Of a stretch of 64,000 nt of DNA, positions 35,132-45,956 are shown piece by piece. The notes beneath the pieces were generated by a model, which saw only the letters and a program-made list of their open reading frames with translations, was not told the origin of the DNA and did no database searches. The stretch is from contig JALFBM010000031.1 in NCBI GenBank assembly GCA_022773425.1, positions 13,905-77,904 of the forward strand, in the 5' to 3' direction. A program made the position numbers and the translations under genes. Every line of letters starts with the position of its first letter. The stretch's first letter is position 1. This DNA comes from Selenomonadaceae bacterium (GTDB lineage: Bacteria; Bacillota; Negativicutes; Selenomonadales; Selenomonadaceae).

Positions 35132-35271
35132 GAAACATCTTCCTTTCAAAAATCAGATTTCCCTGTTATTCTAAGCTATGTATCTGAAAAATCGTTGCTT
35201 CTCCCCGGTGATTTCATTATAATAGAGAAGTATCGGATTTTGTACCTGCACGAAAAAAAGAAGGGTTTTTT

Positions 35272-36510
35272 TTGCCAAATTCCACTATCCCTCCCCGGCG
35301 GAGCTCGCGCAGAGAACGCCGCAAAGAGAAACACGTCTGGCCGTGGGTTCTCCTGTTCCTGTGCTTCATCGCCGCGGCAGCCGCCGGTGCGCTGTTCGCC
35401 TCGAACAGTCTGCTCGACCGCAACGGCAGCCTGGCGGAGGACGGCCTGATGACCGCCAAGGACAAATCGACCATCATGATTATGGGTGTCGATACACGCG
35501 AAGACGATGTCGGCCGCTCGGACACCCTGATGCTCGCGACCATTGACCCGAAAAAGGATCAGGCCGCCCTCCTCTCCATTCCGCGCGACACGCGCGTGAA
35601 AATCAAGGGGCACGGCTTTGACAAGATCAATGCAGCCTACGCGTACGGCGGCGAGCGCCTGACGCAGAGCACCGTCGAGAACTTCCTCGGCGTCAACGTC
35701 GACCACTACATCGTCATCAACACGCACGCGTTCCAAAAGATCATCGACGCGCTCGGCGGCATCGACATCAACGTCGAAAAACGCATGTACTACGAGGACC
35801 CATGGGACGACGACGGGGGCCTCCTAATCGACCTCCAGCCGGGCATGCAGCATATGGACGGCAAGACCGCCGTGACCTATGTGCGCTACCGCGATCAGGA
35901 GGGCGACATCGGACGCATCAAACGCCAGCAGAAATTCATCGCGGCCTGCATGGACAAGCTGACGAGCCCGTCCATCATCCCAAAACTCCCGGCGGTCATC
36001 CACGAAGTCATCAGCTCCGTAAAGACCGATCTTTCCGTGCGCCAGCTGCTCGAGTTTGCCGGCACGCTGAAAGAGTCTCGCAAGAACGGGCTCAAGACGG
36101 ATATGGTGCCGGGCAAGCCACTCTACATCAACGGCATCAGCTACTGGATCCCGGATATCGCCGAGCTGCGCGCCACGCTCGCGAATACGCTTGGGCTGCA
36201 TCTCTCGGGACGCGCCCAGCAGGAGATGCAGCGCGCCCAGCAGGAATACAAGGATTCCATCCCGGCCACGGCAAAGGAAGTCCCGGCCAGCGATACGTCC
36301 ATCGGCAAGGTCTCGAAGAGCAGCCACAAGGAAAGCGGTCTGAAGGAAAGCCCGAAAAAGGAGAGCTCCCAGAGCAGCAGTTCCTCGCGCAGCTATGACC
36401 GCCGCTCCGAAGACACGGCGGCCAGCCGCAGCGAACGCGGTGAGGACGTCAGCGTCAACGCCGGCGGCTCCGCCCCATCGCGCACCGAGAATTCCGGCAA
36501 GGGGCAGTAA
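35272..36510 (+). CDS. LytR-CpsA-Psr (LCP) family protein
   Basis: N-terminal TM segment, LCP core (MGVDTREDDVGRSDTLMLATI...SIPRDT) and a Ser/Lys/Glu-rich C-terminal tail. TTG start. Confidence 0.85.
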   Translation: MPNSTIPPRRSSRRERRKEKHVWPWVLLFLCFIAAAAAGALFASNSLLDRNGSLAEDGLMTAKDKSTIMIMGVDTREDDVGRSDTLMLATIDPKKDQAALLSIPRDTRVKIKGHGFDKINAAYAYGGERLTQSTVENFLGVNVDHYIVINTHAFQKIIDALGGIDINVEKRMYYEDPWDDDGGLLIDLQPGMQHMDGKTAVTYVRYRDQEGDIGRIKRQQKFIAACMDKLTSPSIIPKLPAVIHEVISSVKTDLSVRQLLEFAGTLKESRKNGLKTDMVPGKPLYINGISYWIPDIAELRATLANTLGLHLSGRAQQEMQRAQQEYKDSIPATAKEVPASDTSIGKVSKSSHKESGLKESPKKESSQSSSSSRSYDRRSEDTAASRSERGEDVSVNAGGSAPSRTENSGKGQ

Positions 36511-36544
36511 GGACCGATAAAAATTGCATATGTTTACATAAAAA

Positions 36545-36590
36545 GCAGCAATCCAGCGCATGATATTCCGTTGGATTGCCGCTTTTTTTT
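36545..36590 (+). terminator. Rho-independent terminator of LCP gene
   Basis: Stem gcagcaatcca/tggattgccgc (1 mismatch) followed by T8. Confidence 0.75.
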
Positions 36591-36636
36591 CTTTTTTTGA
36601 TAAGTTTCCTTGATCGAAACCATGGAAACTTCATAT

Positions 36637-36664
36637 TTGTCATCCCCAAAAATGGCGATATAAT
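36637..36664 (+). promoter_or_regulatory. Promoter of malic enzyme gene
   Basis: TTGTCA (36637-42), 16 nt, TATAAT (36659-64). It leaves a leader of about 165 nt. Confidence 0.55.
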
Positions 36665-36832
36665 AGAGTCAAAGGAAAAAAATGTTGTAACCGATTACAA
36701 AGTTTTTGAGAACGGTAACCGATGGCACAGAAAAATCGCCCCGGTTCCCGTAAACTAGTCTACAGACAAGGGAAATCCCCCGAGGGAAACGATACCCAAA
36801 ACGGGAGAACGAAAAGAAAGGAAGTCTTTCGC

Positions 36833-38074
36833 ATGGCAGCAAACGTAACGGACGAAGCCCTGCAGCTTCACGCACGCCATCACGGCAAAATTGAGGTCAC
36901 GAGCAAGGTGCCGCTGCGCACGGCAAAGGATCTGACGCTCGCCTATTCACCAGGCGTCGCAGCGCCGTGCCTCGCGATCCAGGATAATCCGGAAAAAATC
37001 TACGACTACACCGCAAAGGGCAACAGCGTCGCCGTCGTGACAAACGGAACGGCCGTCCTCGGGCTCGGCAGCATCGGCGCGGGCGCCGGCATGCCGGTCA
37101 TGGAGGGCAAAGCCATCCTATTCAAGGGCTTCGCCGGCGTCGACGCCTATCCGATTGCACTCGACACGAAGGACCCGAAGGAAGTCATCCGCGCCGTCCA
37201 ACTCATCGCGCCGGGCTTCGGCGGCATCAACCTGGAGGACATCAAAGCGCCGGAATGCTTCGATATCGAGCGCGAGCTCAAGAGAACCCTCGACATCCCG
37301 GTGTTCCATGATGACCAACACGGCACGGCCATCGTCGTCGTCTCCGCGCTCATCAATGCGTTCCGGCTGATCGGCAAGCGATTCGAGGACGCGAAGGTCG
37401 TTGTCAACGGCGCAGGCGCCGCGGGCCAGGCCATCACGCGCCTGCTCTACCACATGAAGACGCGCCATATCATCCTGTGCGACTCGCACGGCGCCATCTA
37501 CGCCGGCCGTCCGGACGATATGAATCCGTACAAGGATGACATCGCGAACATCACGAACCTCGAGAAAGAGGCCGGCACACTCGCCGACGTCATGAAGGGC
37601 GCCGATGTCTTTATCGGCGTTTCGGTCGCCGGGGCCGTCACCGAGGATATGGTCCGCTCGATGAACAAAGACGCCGTCATCCTCGCGATGGCAAACCCGA
37701 CGCCGGAGATCATGCCTGAGCTCGCGAAAAAGGCCGGCGCGCGCATCGTCGCAACCGGCCGCTCCGACTACCCGAACCAGGTCAACAACCTGCTCGCGTT
37801 CCCGGGCATCTTCCGCGGCGCCCTCGACGTCCGCGCGAAGGAGATCAACGAGGAGATGAAGGTCGCCGCGGCACACGCGATTGCAGACCTCATCGCCCCG
37901 GAGGACATCACCGAGGACAACGTCATCGCGAGCCCGTTCGACGCGGACGTCGCGCCGAACGTCGCCGCGGCCGTCGCCAAAGCGGCTCTCGAGACCGGCG
38001 CCGCCCGCCGCAAAGACATCACCCCCGAGCAGGTCGCGGCCCACACCCGCCAGCTCCTCGCGGCCCAGAACTGA
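36833..38074 (+). CDS. NAD(P)-dependent malic enzyme (no PTA domain)
   Basis: 413 aa from ATG 36833 ([13 protein letters not shown]), with [28 protein letters not shown] and VVNGAGAAG. Confidence 0.9.
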   Translation: MAANVTDEALQLHARHHGKIEVTSKVPLRTAKDLTLAYSPGVAAPCLAIQDNPEKIYDYTAKGNSVAVVTNGTAVLGLGSIGAGAGMPVMEGKAILFKGFAGVDAYPIALDTKDPKEVIRAVQLIAPGFGGINLEDIKAPECFDIERELKRTLDIPVFHDDQHGTAIVVVSALINAFRLIGKRFEDAKVVVNGAGAAGQAITRLLYHMKTRHIILCDSHGAIYAGRPDDMNPYKDDIANITNLEKEAGTLADVMKGADVFIGVSVAGAVTEDMVRSMNKDAVILAMANPTPEIMPELAKKAGARIVATGRSDYPNQVNNLLAFPGIFRGALDVRAKEINEEMKVAAAHAIADLIAPEDITEDNVIASPFDADVAPNVAAAVAKAALETGAARRKDITPEQVAAHTRQLLAAQN

Positions 38075-38100
38075 AAAAGCATACCCTCCCTTTCCAAAAG

Positions 38101-38139
38101 CCGCTGCACAGGAATCCCCCGTGCAGCGGCTATGTTTTT
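38101..38139 (+). terminator. Rho-independent terminator of malic enzyme gene
   Basis: Stem ccgctgcac/gtgcagcgg followed by CTATGTTTTT. Confidence 0.7.
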
Positions 38140-38160
38140 GCCCCATGATGACAAAAAGTT

Positions 38161-38218
38161 GGATTTCATTCCTAAAACATGATAAAATATAGGAGAGTTA
38201 GGATTTCATTCCTAAAAC
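38161..38218 (+). repeat. Two copies of an 18-bp direct repeat bracketing a putative extended -10
   Basis: GGATTTCATTCCTAAAAC at 38161-78 and 38201-18, separated by cATGATAAAATataggagagtta (TGaTAAAAT). Confidence 0.7.
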
Positions 38219-38253
38219 TATGTATCTTGAAGACTTTTTAGGAGTTGATTCCC

Positions 38254-39465
38254 ATGAAATGGATTGCCAGACCGGAGTATCTCGATTTTCTGCAACGCTT
38301 CCGAGGACGCGACCTGATCAAAGTGGTTTCCGGCGTCCGCCGTTGCGGGAAATCCACGCTGTTCCTGCTTTACCGGCAATGGCTTCTGCAACATGGCGTC
38401 TCATCCGAACAGATTATCACGATCAACTTCGAGGATCTAGCCTTTGAGTCCTTATGTGACTACCGCGCTCTGTACCAATACATCACGAGCCGGATGCTCC
38501 CGGACAAGATGAACTATATTTTCCTCGACGAAATCCAGCATGTCCCATCGTTTGAGAAGGTCGTAGACAGCCTGTTTATCAAAGAAAACGCAGACGTCTA
38601 TATCACGGGTTCCAACGCATACTTCATGTCCGGAGATCTGGCGACGCTCCTGACTGGCCGCTATGTGGAACTGAAGATGCTGCCGTTGTCATTTTCCGAA
38701 TTCTGTCAAGGCCTTGAAGGCAATCTGACTTTACCGGCAAAATACAACGCGTATATCCGGAACAGTTCTTTCCCTTACGCCTTGCAATTCCAAGACACGC
38801 CGGAAGCCGTAGAGGAATATCTGTCCGGCATCTACAATACCATTCTCATCAAGGATACACTGCGCCGTATGGGCAGCAGCGACACGATGCTGATGGAAAG
38901 CCTGATGAAATACCTCGCCGCCAATATCGGCAGCCTGATTTCCCCGAACAAAATCGCGAACTCCCTGACCAGCATGGGGCGGAAAGTCGACAACAAGACT
39001 ATCGAAAGGTACCTGCAGGGGCTCAAGGACAGTCTGCTCATCTATCAGGCAGACCGATATGATATACGCGGCAAACAGCTGCTGAAAATCAACGCAAAAT
39101 ATTACCTGGTCGACCCGGCCTTCCGCCGCCTGCTCATACAGGACAATGGCCGCGATACCGGCCATATCCTAGAGAATGTTGTTTATCTGGAACTCCTGCG
39201 ACGCGGTGGCAAAGTCTACGTTGGACAGCTTCCAAAAGGCGAGATCGACTTCGTCGTCGAACGCCCCGGCACGCGGGAATACTACCAAGTCGCAGAAAGC
39301 ACTCTGCAGCCGGAGGTCCTGGACCGCGAACTGAAACCGCTCAAAGCCATCCGCGACCAATACCCGAAATACCTGCTGACCCTCGACGAAATCGCCCCCG
39401 AAGCCAACTACGACGGTATCCAGAAGAAAAATGTCCTGCAGTGGCTCTTGCATACAAATGGGTAA
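38254..39465 (+). CDS. AAA-type ATPase with DUF4143 C-terminal domain (COG1373-like)
   Basis: P-loop GVRRCGKST and a Walker B-like IFLDEIQ. Start at ATG 38254, 9 nt after AGGAG. Confidence 0.7.
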   Translation: MKWIARPEYLDFLQRFRGRDLIKVVSGVRRCGKSTLFLLYRQWLLQHGVSSEQIITINFEDLAFESLCDYRALYQYITSRMLPDKMNYIFLDEIQHVPSFEKVVDSLFIKENADVYITGSNAYFMSGDLATLLTGRYVELKMLPLSFSEFCQGLEGNLTLPAKYNAYIRNSSFPYALQFQDTPEAVEEYLSGIYNTILIKDTLRRMGSSDTMLMESLMKYLAANIGSLISPNKIANSLTSMGRKVDNKTIERYLQGLKDSLLIYQADRYDIRGKQLLKINAKYYLVDPAFRRLLIQDNGRDTGHILENVVYLELLRRGGKVYVGQLPKGEIDFVVERPGTREYYQVAESTLQPEVLDRELKPLKAIRDQYPKYLLTLDEIAPEANYDGIQKKNVLQWLLHTNG

Positions 39466-39487
39466 AGATCATATCCCAGTAACAAAT

Positions 39488-41221
39488 TCAATCTATTTTC
39501 CGGAATATGCGGTAATTTTTCTCTGCGATATCGGGAGCGGATATGGATGGATCCTCGGAGGCATCCCAGATGCATTCGTAGTGCTCGTCGTTGGCGAGGT
39601 TGTAGTAGAGGATGTCGTTTTCGTCGACGAGGAGGTAGTTGAAGGCATAGCGTGCGAGGAAATCCCGGTAGTCGATGTGGCTTTTCTGCAATGCATAATA
39701 TTCAGAGAAGATATCCTTTTGCTGATTGACCTTCTTGATGAATACCTCCGCGCGAGAGTCTATATAGCACGGGAATCCCTGAAACTCTAAGTACGGGCCC
39801 TCGTCGTATCCCGTATAGAGGCAGATACTCTCTGGTGACGCCTCCGCGTACAGAACCTCCGATGCGCGCTGCAGAGGCTGCTGGATGGGCGAACGGGTAT
39901 AGCAGCTTATGATGGGAGGCAAAACGACCAGAAACAGGATGAAGATGGCAGAAAGCACTCCATCCCTTTCGATTTCTGGAGACAGGAGTTCTTTCCGGGC
40001 CGAAAAACAGTGCTGCCTCTTGGAACGCAAAATGAAACGAGCCAGTGACAGGAGCAGAAGAGTTGCAAAGAAAAGCAGGATTCCGAGATATATCCTTTGA
40101 TCATCCTTGAATGAAGAAAGGAACGCCAGATAGTATTTATAAGAAATCCCCATGAGGAGCAGGCCGAACAGCAAGGATAAGAAAAGTTTCTGGAACGTAT
40201 AATGCTGCTCATACGCGAGATGCTTGCCTCGGAGCATATAGGCAAGAGGCAGCGTGCCGAAAAGCAGGAACAGGAAAAAGCTGCGGACCGAGGAAAGCGC
40301 CAGGATGCCTGTGCCGAATGCGAAGAGGAAATAGCGGAGCGGCGCGCGATGCCTTGCGTAGAACATAAACAGGCCGATGAACAGAAGCAGCAGGATAGAG
40401 GAAAACCCACGGAGGGCAAGCGGCGTCATTTCCCCGACAATCGCGTTGATCTCCTTGTAGCCGTAGGAATGGGCAGTATACGTCATCGCCTCAGTACCAT
40501 ACGGATTCAGAAAGGCAAACGCGAACATGCCAAGCGCTAGGATCAGCAGTTCGTGCCCTTTCCATGCGGCAGGTTCAGGGAAACGCGCGGTAAAACGCGC
40601 CAGCCTCCCCTGCTGCCCGATCCATTCCGCGAGGTACGGGAGCAGGAAAACGAAAAGCATCGGCCACATCGCCGCATGGATATTGATCAGCAACACAGAA
40701 AGTATCGATAGGATTGCGAAGCAGTACTTCTTCCCCCACGGGATATTCTCGAGCACAAGGATTTCCAGCAGGAAGATGATGGATGAAAAAAGCTGCGGCC
40801 GCTGGCAGATGAAGAGCATCCCGCAGAATACCCCGATGATCTGCGCGAGCAGGAACGCCATCTGCCGGTTCCTGCTGACCGAGAGCACGAGACGATAGTC
40901 GAGATAGATCAGCACGGCCCCGCCGATCCAGGCGAAGGCCTGAAGCCCAAGGATACCGGCAAGGGAATAGACTTTCCAAAGGATCCAGGCGAAAAGCCAT
41001 TGCTGCATGATGAAATGCAGTCCCTCATGCATCGTGAACGGCTCCGTATGCGGGAAGCCGTATAGATCCACATAACGCCCGTGATTCAGCAAGAACCACG
41101 TGTCGTTATCGACGCGGTTCCCGACGAAAAGCAGGCCGACGAAAAGGAACAGGAACAAGATGACCGGAATCTTCTTATCTTTGAGGATTCCGGCTTTTCC
41201 ATCAGGCTGGTTCACGAGCAT
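39488..41221 (-). CDS. Large polytopic membrane protein with C-terminal soluble domain (possible GT-C-type glycosyltransferase/polymerase)
   Basis: 577 aa with at least 12 predicted TM segments, an early extracytoplasmic acidic motif (RVDNDTWF) and a soluble tail of about 130 aa. No family confidently recognised. Confidence 0.45.
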   Translation of the reverse strand: MLVNQPDGKAGILKDKKIPVILFLFLFVGLLFVGNRVDNDTWFLLNHGRYVDLYGFPHTEPFTMHEGLHFIMQQWLFAWILWKVYSLAGILGLQAFAWIGGAVLIYLDYRLVLSVSRNRQMAFLLAQIIGVFCGMLFICQRPQLFSSIIFLLEILVLENIPWGKKYCFAILSILSVLLINIHAAMWPMLFVFLLPYLAEWIGQQGRLARFTARFPEPAAWKGHELLILALGMFAFAFLNPYGTEAMTYTAHSYGYKEINAIVGEMTPLALRGFSSILLLLFIGLFMFYARHRAPLRYFLFAFGTGILALSSVRSFFLFLLFGTLPLAYMLRGKHLAYEQHYTFQKLFLSLLFGLLLMGISYKYYLAFLSSFKDDQRIYLGILLFFATLLLLSLARFILRSKRQHCFSARKELLSPEIERDGVLSAIFILFLVVLPPIISCYTRSPIQQPLQRASEVLYAEASPESICLYTGYDEGPYLEFQGFPCYIDSRAEVFIKKVNQQKDIFSEYYALQKSHIDYRDFLARYAFNYLLVDENDILYYNLANDEHYECIWDASEDPSISAPDIAEKNYRIFRKID

Positions 41222-42789
41222 TCTCCCTCCCCTGCAGATGCTTCTTCCTGATAATCGGATTCGGTGTTGACCTTCCAGAGCGATGTCCGGTCTGCGATGC
41301 CATCCTTCAGGAGCCGCACGGCCTCCATGGCCGTGAGCATGGAGTGATCCATATTGTTGTAGCGATGCTGTCCGTTGCGGCCGATGCAGTAGAGGTTATC
41401 CACCGCATCGAGCGCCTTGCGCACGACGGGGAACTCGCTATAGCTGCCATAATAGGCCGGATACGCTTTCTGCACGCGCACGACATGCCCTTTGATGACC
41501 GCATGCGGGGCGAGGATGCCGATTTTTTCGAGTTCGCCTGCCGCAAACGAAAGGAACGCTTCGTCCGGCATAGACCAGAGCGCATCGCCCTCCGCACAGA
41601 AATACTCGAGCCCGATCCAGACGGTATGCATCGGGTCCTCGACCAGATACGGCGACCAGTTGTTGAAGACCTGCAGCCGCCCGATCTTGACCTCCGGTTC
41701 CTGAATATAGATCCAGCAGTCTGGGACAATGCCGTTCACGGTCTTATGCTGCGTATTATTTTTGAGCGCCAATCGATTGACGAGCAGCCCGGCCGTCATG
41801 AAGTCGCGGTACGGGAGTGTCTCTGCGACCGCCCGGGCCTTGTCCGGCAGCCAATCCACTGGCATTGCCGCACAGAGATCCTTAACGGGCATAGAGGAAA
41901 AGACGAAATCTGCAGGAACCGTCTCGCAGGTGCCATCGGTCCGCTTGACGCGAAGCCCCGTGATATGCCGGTCCGGACTCCCCTCGATGCCGACGACCTG
42001 CTGCTGATAGCGTATCTCCCCGCCGAGCCGCTCGACCTCTGCGGCCAGATCCTCAAAGAATTCCCCGGGGCCGAATTTCGGATAGAAGAACTGCTCGATC
42101 AGCGAGGTTTCCTGCTTCTTCTGCTGGATGCCGAGGCGGCGGTCCAGGAAATCCCGGATGACGCCGAGAAGCGAGACGCCCTTGATGCGCTGGCTGCCCC
42201 AGTTCGCGCCGATCTGGCTCGGCGACCGCCCCCAAACCTTTTCCGTATAGCTTTCAAAGAACGTCCGGTAGAGCTCGCGCCCGAAGCGGTTGATCATGAA
42301 ATCTTCCAGCGTCTTCTCATCGCGCTTCTTCAGGCAGGCCGAAAGATAGGACAGGAGAATCCGGCTCACGCGTCGGCCACCGAGCCCCCGCAAGGTGCGC
42401 AGGGACAGTGAAACAGGATACGAGAAGAATTGCCGCAGATAGTAGATGCGGGAGATGCGGGAACGCAGCAAGAAAACGTGGTCATCCTGCTCGGGGTCGA
42501 CGCCATCGGCAAAGGTCGGGCACTCGCGCTGCAAGAGCCGATCATCCCAGGCCGGGGCAGACGCGAGCGGCATGATGCTTTTCCAGAGTGCTTTGACCGG
42601 CTCGCTTTTCGTGAAAAAGCGGTGCCCGCCGATATCCATGCGGTTGCCGGCAAAGTTGACCGTACGGGAAAGGCCGCCCGTCGCGTTGGACTGCTCCAAG
42701 ATGATCGGATGGATATCGGTCTTTTTCAGTAGTTCGTACGCTGCGGTAAGCCCCGCCGGCCCCGCACCGATAATAACAGCTTTCTTCAA
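41212..42789 (-). CDS. FAD/NAD(P)-binding oxidoreductase (amine-oxidase / UDP-galactopyranose-mutase-like fold)
   Basis: N-terminal [19 protein letters not shown]...[11 protein letters not shown] start after GGGAGATGGG. The 3' end overlaps the next gene by 10 nt. Confidence 0.7.
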   Translation of the reverse strand: MKKAVIIGAGPAGLTAAYELLKKTDIHPIILEQSNATGGLSRTVNFAGNRMDIGGHRFFTKSEPVKALWKSIMPLASAPAWDDRLLQRECPTFADGVDPEQDDHVFLLRSRISRIYYLRQFFSYPVSLSLRTLRGLGGRRVSRILLSYLSACLKKRDEKTLEDFMINRFGRELYRTFFESYTEKVWGRSPSQIGANWGSQRIKGVSLLGVIRDFLDRRLGIQQKKQETSLIEQFFYPKFGPGEFFEDLAAEVERLGGEIRYQQQVVGIEGSPDRHITGLRVKRTDGTCETVPADFVFSSMPVKDLCAAMPVDWLPDKARAVAETLPYRDFMTAGLLVNRLALKNNTQHKTVNGIVPDCWIYIQEPEVKIGRLQVFNNWSPYLVEDPMHTVWIGLEYFCAEGDALWSMPDEAFLSFAAGELEKIGILAPHAVIKGHVVRVQKAYPAYYGSYSEFPVVRKALDAVDNLYCIGRNGQHRYNNMDHSMLTAMEAVRLLKDGIADRTSLWKVNTESDYQEEASAGEGECS

Positions 42790-42874
42790 CGTCCCATCTC
42801 CCGATTAAATGATTTCTAACAATAGTAACATTATATCATAAATCCAGATTGAAAGGATGCTTTCCTAATGAAAT

Positions 42875-42900
42875 AAAAAAGCCTTCCTGAAAAGGAAGGC
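42875..42900 (-). terminator. Rho-independent terminator of gyrA
   Basis: Stem gccttcc/ggaaggc with T6 on the minus strand. Confidence 0.75.
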
Positions 42901-42916
42901 AATAATGTTCTATGTA

Positions 42917-45346
42917 TCAGTCGTTTTTCTGATCCATGACGGCCATGGAGGCGACCTGGTCGCCTTCGTCGAGGTTCATGATCTTGACGCCCTGCGTGTT
43001 GCGGCTGATGGTCGAGATCTCGGCGACGGTCGTGCGGATGACGATGCCATTCGCCGTGATGAGCATGAGCTCCTGATCCGGCAGGACGACCTTGAAGCCG
43101 ATGACCGGGCCGGTCTTTTCGGTGACCTTGAGGTTCTTGAGGCCCGTGCCGCCGCGGTTCTGTGCGCGGTACTCATCGGTCGTCGTGCGTTTGCCGTAGC
43201 CGCCCGCCGTCACGGTCAGGACATCCGCATTATGGCGCATGATGTCCATGCCGACGACTTCGTCGCCCAGGCGGAGGTTGATACCCTTCACGCCGCGCGC
43301 GATGCGGCCCATCGAGCGGACATCCTGCTCGGAGAACGAGATGGCTTGGCCGTCCTTCGTGCCGAGCATGATGTAGCTGTCGCCGTCCGTGAACTTGACG
43401 CCGATGAGGTCATCGTCGTCCGCGAGGTTGATGGCGTTGAGCCCGCCCTTATGCAGGTTGCGGAACTCGCCGAGGCTCGTCTTCTTGACGATGCCCTTCT
43501 TCGTCGCCATGAACAGGAAGCGGTCTTCCTTGAATTCCTTGACCTGGATGATTGCCGTGATCTTCTCATCCGGCTGGAGCTGCAGCAGGTTCACGATAGC
43601 CGTGCCCTTCGCCTGGCGGCTCGCCTCGTTGATCTGATAGGCTTTCAGATGATAGACGCGCCCGCGACTCGTGAAGAACAGGATCGTGTGATGCGTCGTC
43701 GTCACGAGCATGTTCTCGACGAAATCCGCCGCCTTCGTGCCCATGCCCTTGATGCCCTTGCCGCCGCGGTTCTGGCGGCGGTACGTATCGAGTGGCATGC
43801 GCTTGATGTAGTCGTTATGCGTCAGCGTGATGACGACATCTTCCTCGGCGATGAGATCCTCCGCGCTCATATCCGACATGTCGATCGTGATGCGCGTGCG
43901 GCGGTCGTCGCCGTATTTCTCCTTGACCTGCGTAAGCTCGTCCTTGATGATGCCGAGGATGCGCGTCTCGTCGGCGAGGATGGCCTTGTACTCCTCGATG
44001 CTCTTCAAGACTTCCTGATACTCTTCCTCGATCTTCTCGCGTTCGAGGCCGGTCAGGCGCTGCAGACGGAGGTCGAGGATAGCCTGTGCCTGCTTCTCGC
44101 TGAGCTTGAAGCCCTCCATGAGGGCCGTGCGCGCGATATCGGCCGTGCGGCTCTCGCGGATCGTCGTGATGACGGCATCGAGATGATCGAGCGCGATGGT
44201 CAAGCCTTCCAAAATATGCGCGCGGGCCTCGGCCTTGCGGAGCTCGTATTTCGTCCGGCGGGTGATGACGTCCTCCTGATGCAGGATGTAGTAGTGGAGG
44301 ACTTCCTTGAGGTTCAGGATCTTCGGGCGGCCGTCGACGAGCGCGAGCATGATGACGCCGAAGCTGTCCTGCAGCTGCGTGTGCTTGTAGAGCTGGTTCA
44401 AGATGACGTTCGCGTTCGCGTCGCGGCGCAGGTCGATGACGATGCGCATGCCGTTGCGGTCCGACTCATCGCGCAGATCCGTGATGCCCTCGATTTCCTT
44501 GTTGCGGACGAGGTCGGCAATCTTCTCGATGAGGCGCGCCTTGTTGACCTGATACGGCAGCTCCGTCACGACGATGCGCGGCTTGCCGTTCGACATGGTC
44601 TCGATATGCGCATTCGCGCGCAGCTTGATGACGCCGCGGCCCGTCGTGTAGGCCTGGCGGATGCCGTCCGTGCCGAGAATGAGTCCGGCCGTCGGGAAAT
44701 CCGGTCCTTTGATGACCGTCATGAGCTCGTCAATCGTCGCATCCGGGTTATCGATGAGCATCAGCGTGCCGTCGATGACCTCGCGCATGTTGTGCGGCGG
44801 GATGTTCGTCGCCATGCCGACCGCGATGCCGCTCGTGCCGTTGACGAGCAGCTGCGGGAATTTCGCCGGCAGCACCGACGGTTCCTTCAGCGACTCATCG
44901 TAGTTCGGCACAAAATCGACCGTATCCTTGTCGATATCCTGCAGCATGAGCTCGGCAATCTTCGACATGCGGACCTCGGTGTAACGCATGGCAGCGGCCG
45001 GGTCGCCGTCAACCGAGCCGAAGTTGCCGTGCCCGTCCGCGAGCATATAACGCATGGAGAAATCCTGCGCCATGCGGACGATCGCGTCGTAGACTGAGCT
45101 GTCGCCGTGCGGATGATATTTACCCAAGACTTCACCGACGATACGCGCCGATTTCTTGTATGGCTTGTTGCTGCCCATGCCGGCTTCCTGCATCGCGTAA
45201 AGGATGCGGCGGTGCACCGGCTTCAGGCCGTCCCGGACATCCGGCAGCGCGCGGGAGACGATAACGCTCATCGCATAGTCGATGTAGCAGTGCCGCATCT
45301 CGTGCTCCAGATTGACGGGTACAACCTTTCCCTGAACAAAATCCAC
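42917..45346 (-). CDS. gyrA: DNA gyrase subunit A
   Basis: 809 aa with [17 protein letters not shown], active-site AAMRYTE and a C-terminal beta-pinwheel. GTG start after GAGGTGA. Confidence 0.97.
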   Translation of the reverse strand: MDFVQGKVVPVNLEHEMRHCYIDYAMSVIVSRALPDVRDGLKPVHRRILYAMQEAGMGSNKPYKKSARIVGEVLGKYHPHGDSSVYDAIVRMAQDFSMRYMLADGHGNFGSVDGDPAAAMRYTEVRMSKIAELMLQDIDKDTVDFVPNYDESLKEPSVLPAKFPQLLVNGTSGIAVGMATNIPPHNMREVIDGTLMLIDNPDATIDELMTVIKGPDFPTAGLILGTDGIRQAYTTGRGVIKLRANAHIETMSNGKPRIVVTELPYQVNKARLIEKIADLVRNKEIEGITDLRDESDRNGMRIVIDLRRDANANVILNQLYKHTQLQDSFGVIMLALVDGRPKILNLKEVLHYYILHQEDVITRRTKYELRKAEARAHILEGLTIALDHLDAVITTIRESRTADIARTALMEGFKLSEKQAQAILDLRLQRLTGLEREKIEEEYQEVLKSIEEYKAILADETRILGIIKDELTQVKEKYGDDRRTRITIDMSDMSAEDLIAEEDVVITLTHNDYIKRMPLDTYRRQNRGGKGIKGMGTKAADFVENMLVTTTHHTILFFTSRGRVYHLKAYQINEASRQAKGTAIVNLLQLQPDEKITAIIQVKEFKEDRFLFMATKKGIVKKTSLGEFRNLHKGGLNAINLADDDDLIGVKFTDGDSYIMLGTKDGQAISFSEQDVRSMGRIARGVKGINLRLGDEVVGMDIMRHNADVLTVTAGGYGKRTTTDEYRAQNRGGTGLKNLKVTEKTGPVIGFKVVLPDQELMLITANGIVIRTTVAEISTISRNTQGVKIMNLDEGDQVASMAVMDQKND

Positions 45347-45380
45347 AATCTCACCTCATACTATCGTTCTATCGTTAAGC

Positions 45381-45411
45381 AAAAACAAAGCCCAGCCGAT
45401 AAAGCCGGGCT
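45381..45411 (-). terminator. Stem-loop with T-tract between pgaD and gyrA
   Basis: Stem agcccagc/gccgggct (1 mismatch), followed on the minus strand by TTTGTTTTT. Confidence 0.6.
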
Positions 45412-45458
45412 ATTGCAATCCTCTTTGCCTTTATTTTACCATAAACCAGCAAAAAAAG

Positions 45459-45956
45459 CTACTTTTTCCTCGTCTGTGCCGCGCGTTTTTGCCCATCCGA
45501 CAGGCTGCCGATCCGCATCGGCTCCCTGCCCTCCGGCTGATAGTAGAAGCTTTCGTCGCGGGCAAAGACCTCCGCGCGGCGAAAATCCGACTGCAGGACC
45601 TCCAGATCCGCTTCCTTCATGCCGTAGAGCGCTGCAACCTCCTCCAGCGTCTGCCGCTGGAACACCTTGCGCCGGTCCTTGCCGTGAAAAAGCAGCCAGT
45701 TGTAGTACTGCCAAAGCGTCATGCTCAGCAGGATCAGCGCGGCCGCCGCGAATAGCACTTCGACGATAAACAGCGCCTGCTCCCGGTACGCTCCGATCAC
45801 GAAATAGACATAGAACGAAACGAGCAGGAACGCCCACAAAAGGAGATCGAAGGCTGCGACCATAGCGAGTTCCAGCAGACGAATCCCCCAATGCCTTTTG
45901 TAGCCGACATCGATAATCGGCCGGTTCTCGCCGGCCTGTTTCTTTTCTGGCATCAT
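45459..45956 (-). CDS. pgaD: PgaD-like small inner-membrane protein of PNAG synthase
   Basis: 165 aa from ATG 45956 (MMPEKKQAGENRP), with two TM helices and a cytosolic tail. ATGA overlap with the pgaC stop. The ORF-track 362-aa version is a spurious extension. Confidence 0.6.
   Translation of the reverse strand: MMPEKKQAGENRPIIDVGYKRHWGIRLLELAMVAAFDLLLWAFLLVSFYVYFVIGAYREQALFIVEVLFAAAALILLSMTLWQYYNWLLFHGKDRRKVFQRQTLEEVAALYGMKEADLEVLQSDFRRAEVFARDESFYYQPEGREPMRIGSLSDGQKRAAQTRKK

Noticed and set aside
36722-36832. 37-aa N-terminal extension of the malic enzyme ORF
   Set aside because: The extension is basic low-complexity sequence lying in the leader. ATG 36833 has an AAAGGAAG RBS and matches the usual malic-enzyme N-terminus.
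38161-38218. Possible CRISPR-like repeat
   Set aside because: There are only two copies of an 18-bp repeat with a 22-bp spacer and no cas genes. It is better explained as paired operator sites.
42905-45097. 730-aa plus-strand ORF
   Set aside because: It is antisense to an unmistakable gyrA. Its translation is Arg/Asp/Ala/His-rich low complexity with no motifs. This is a typical shadow ORF of GC-rich DNA.
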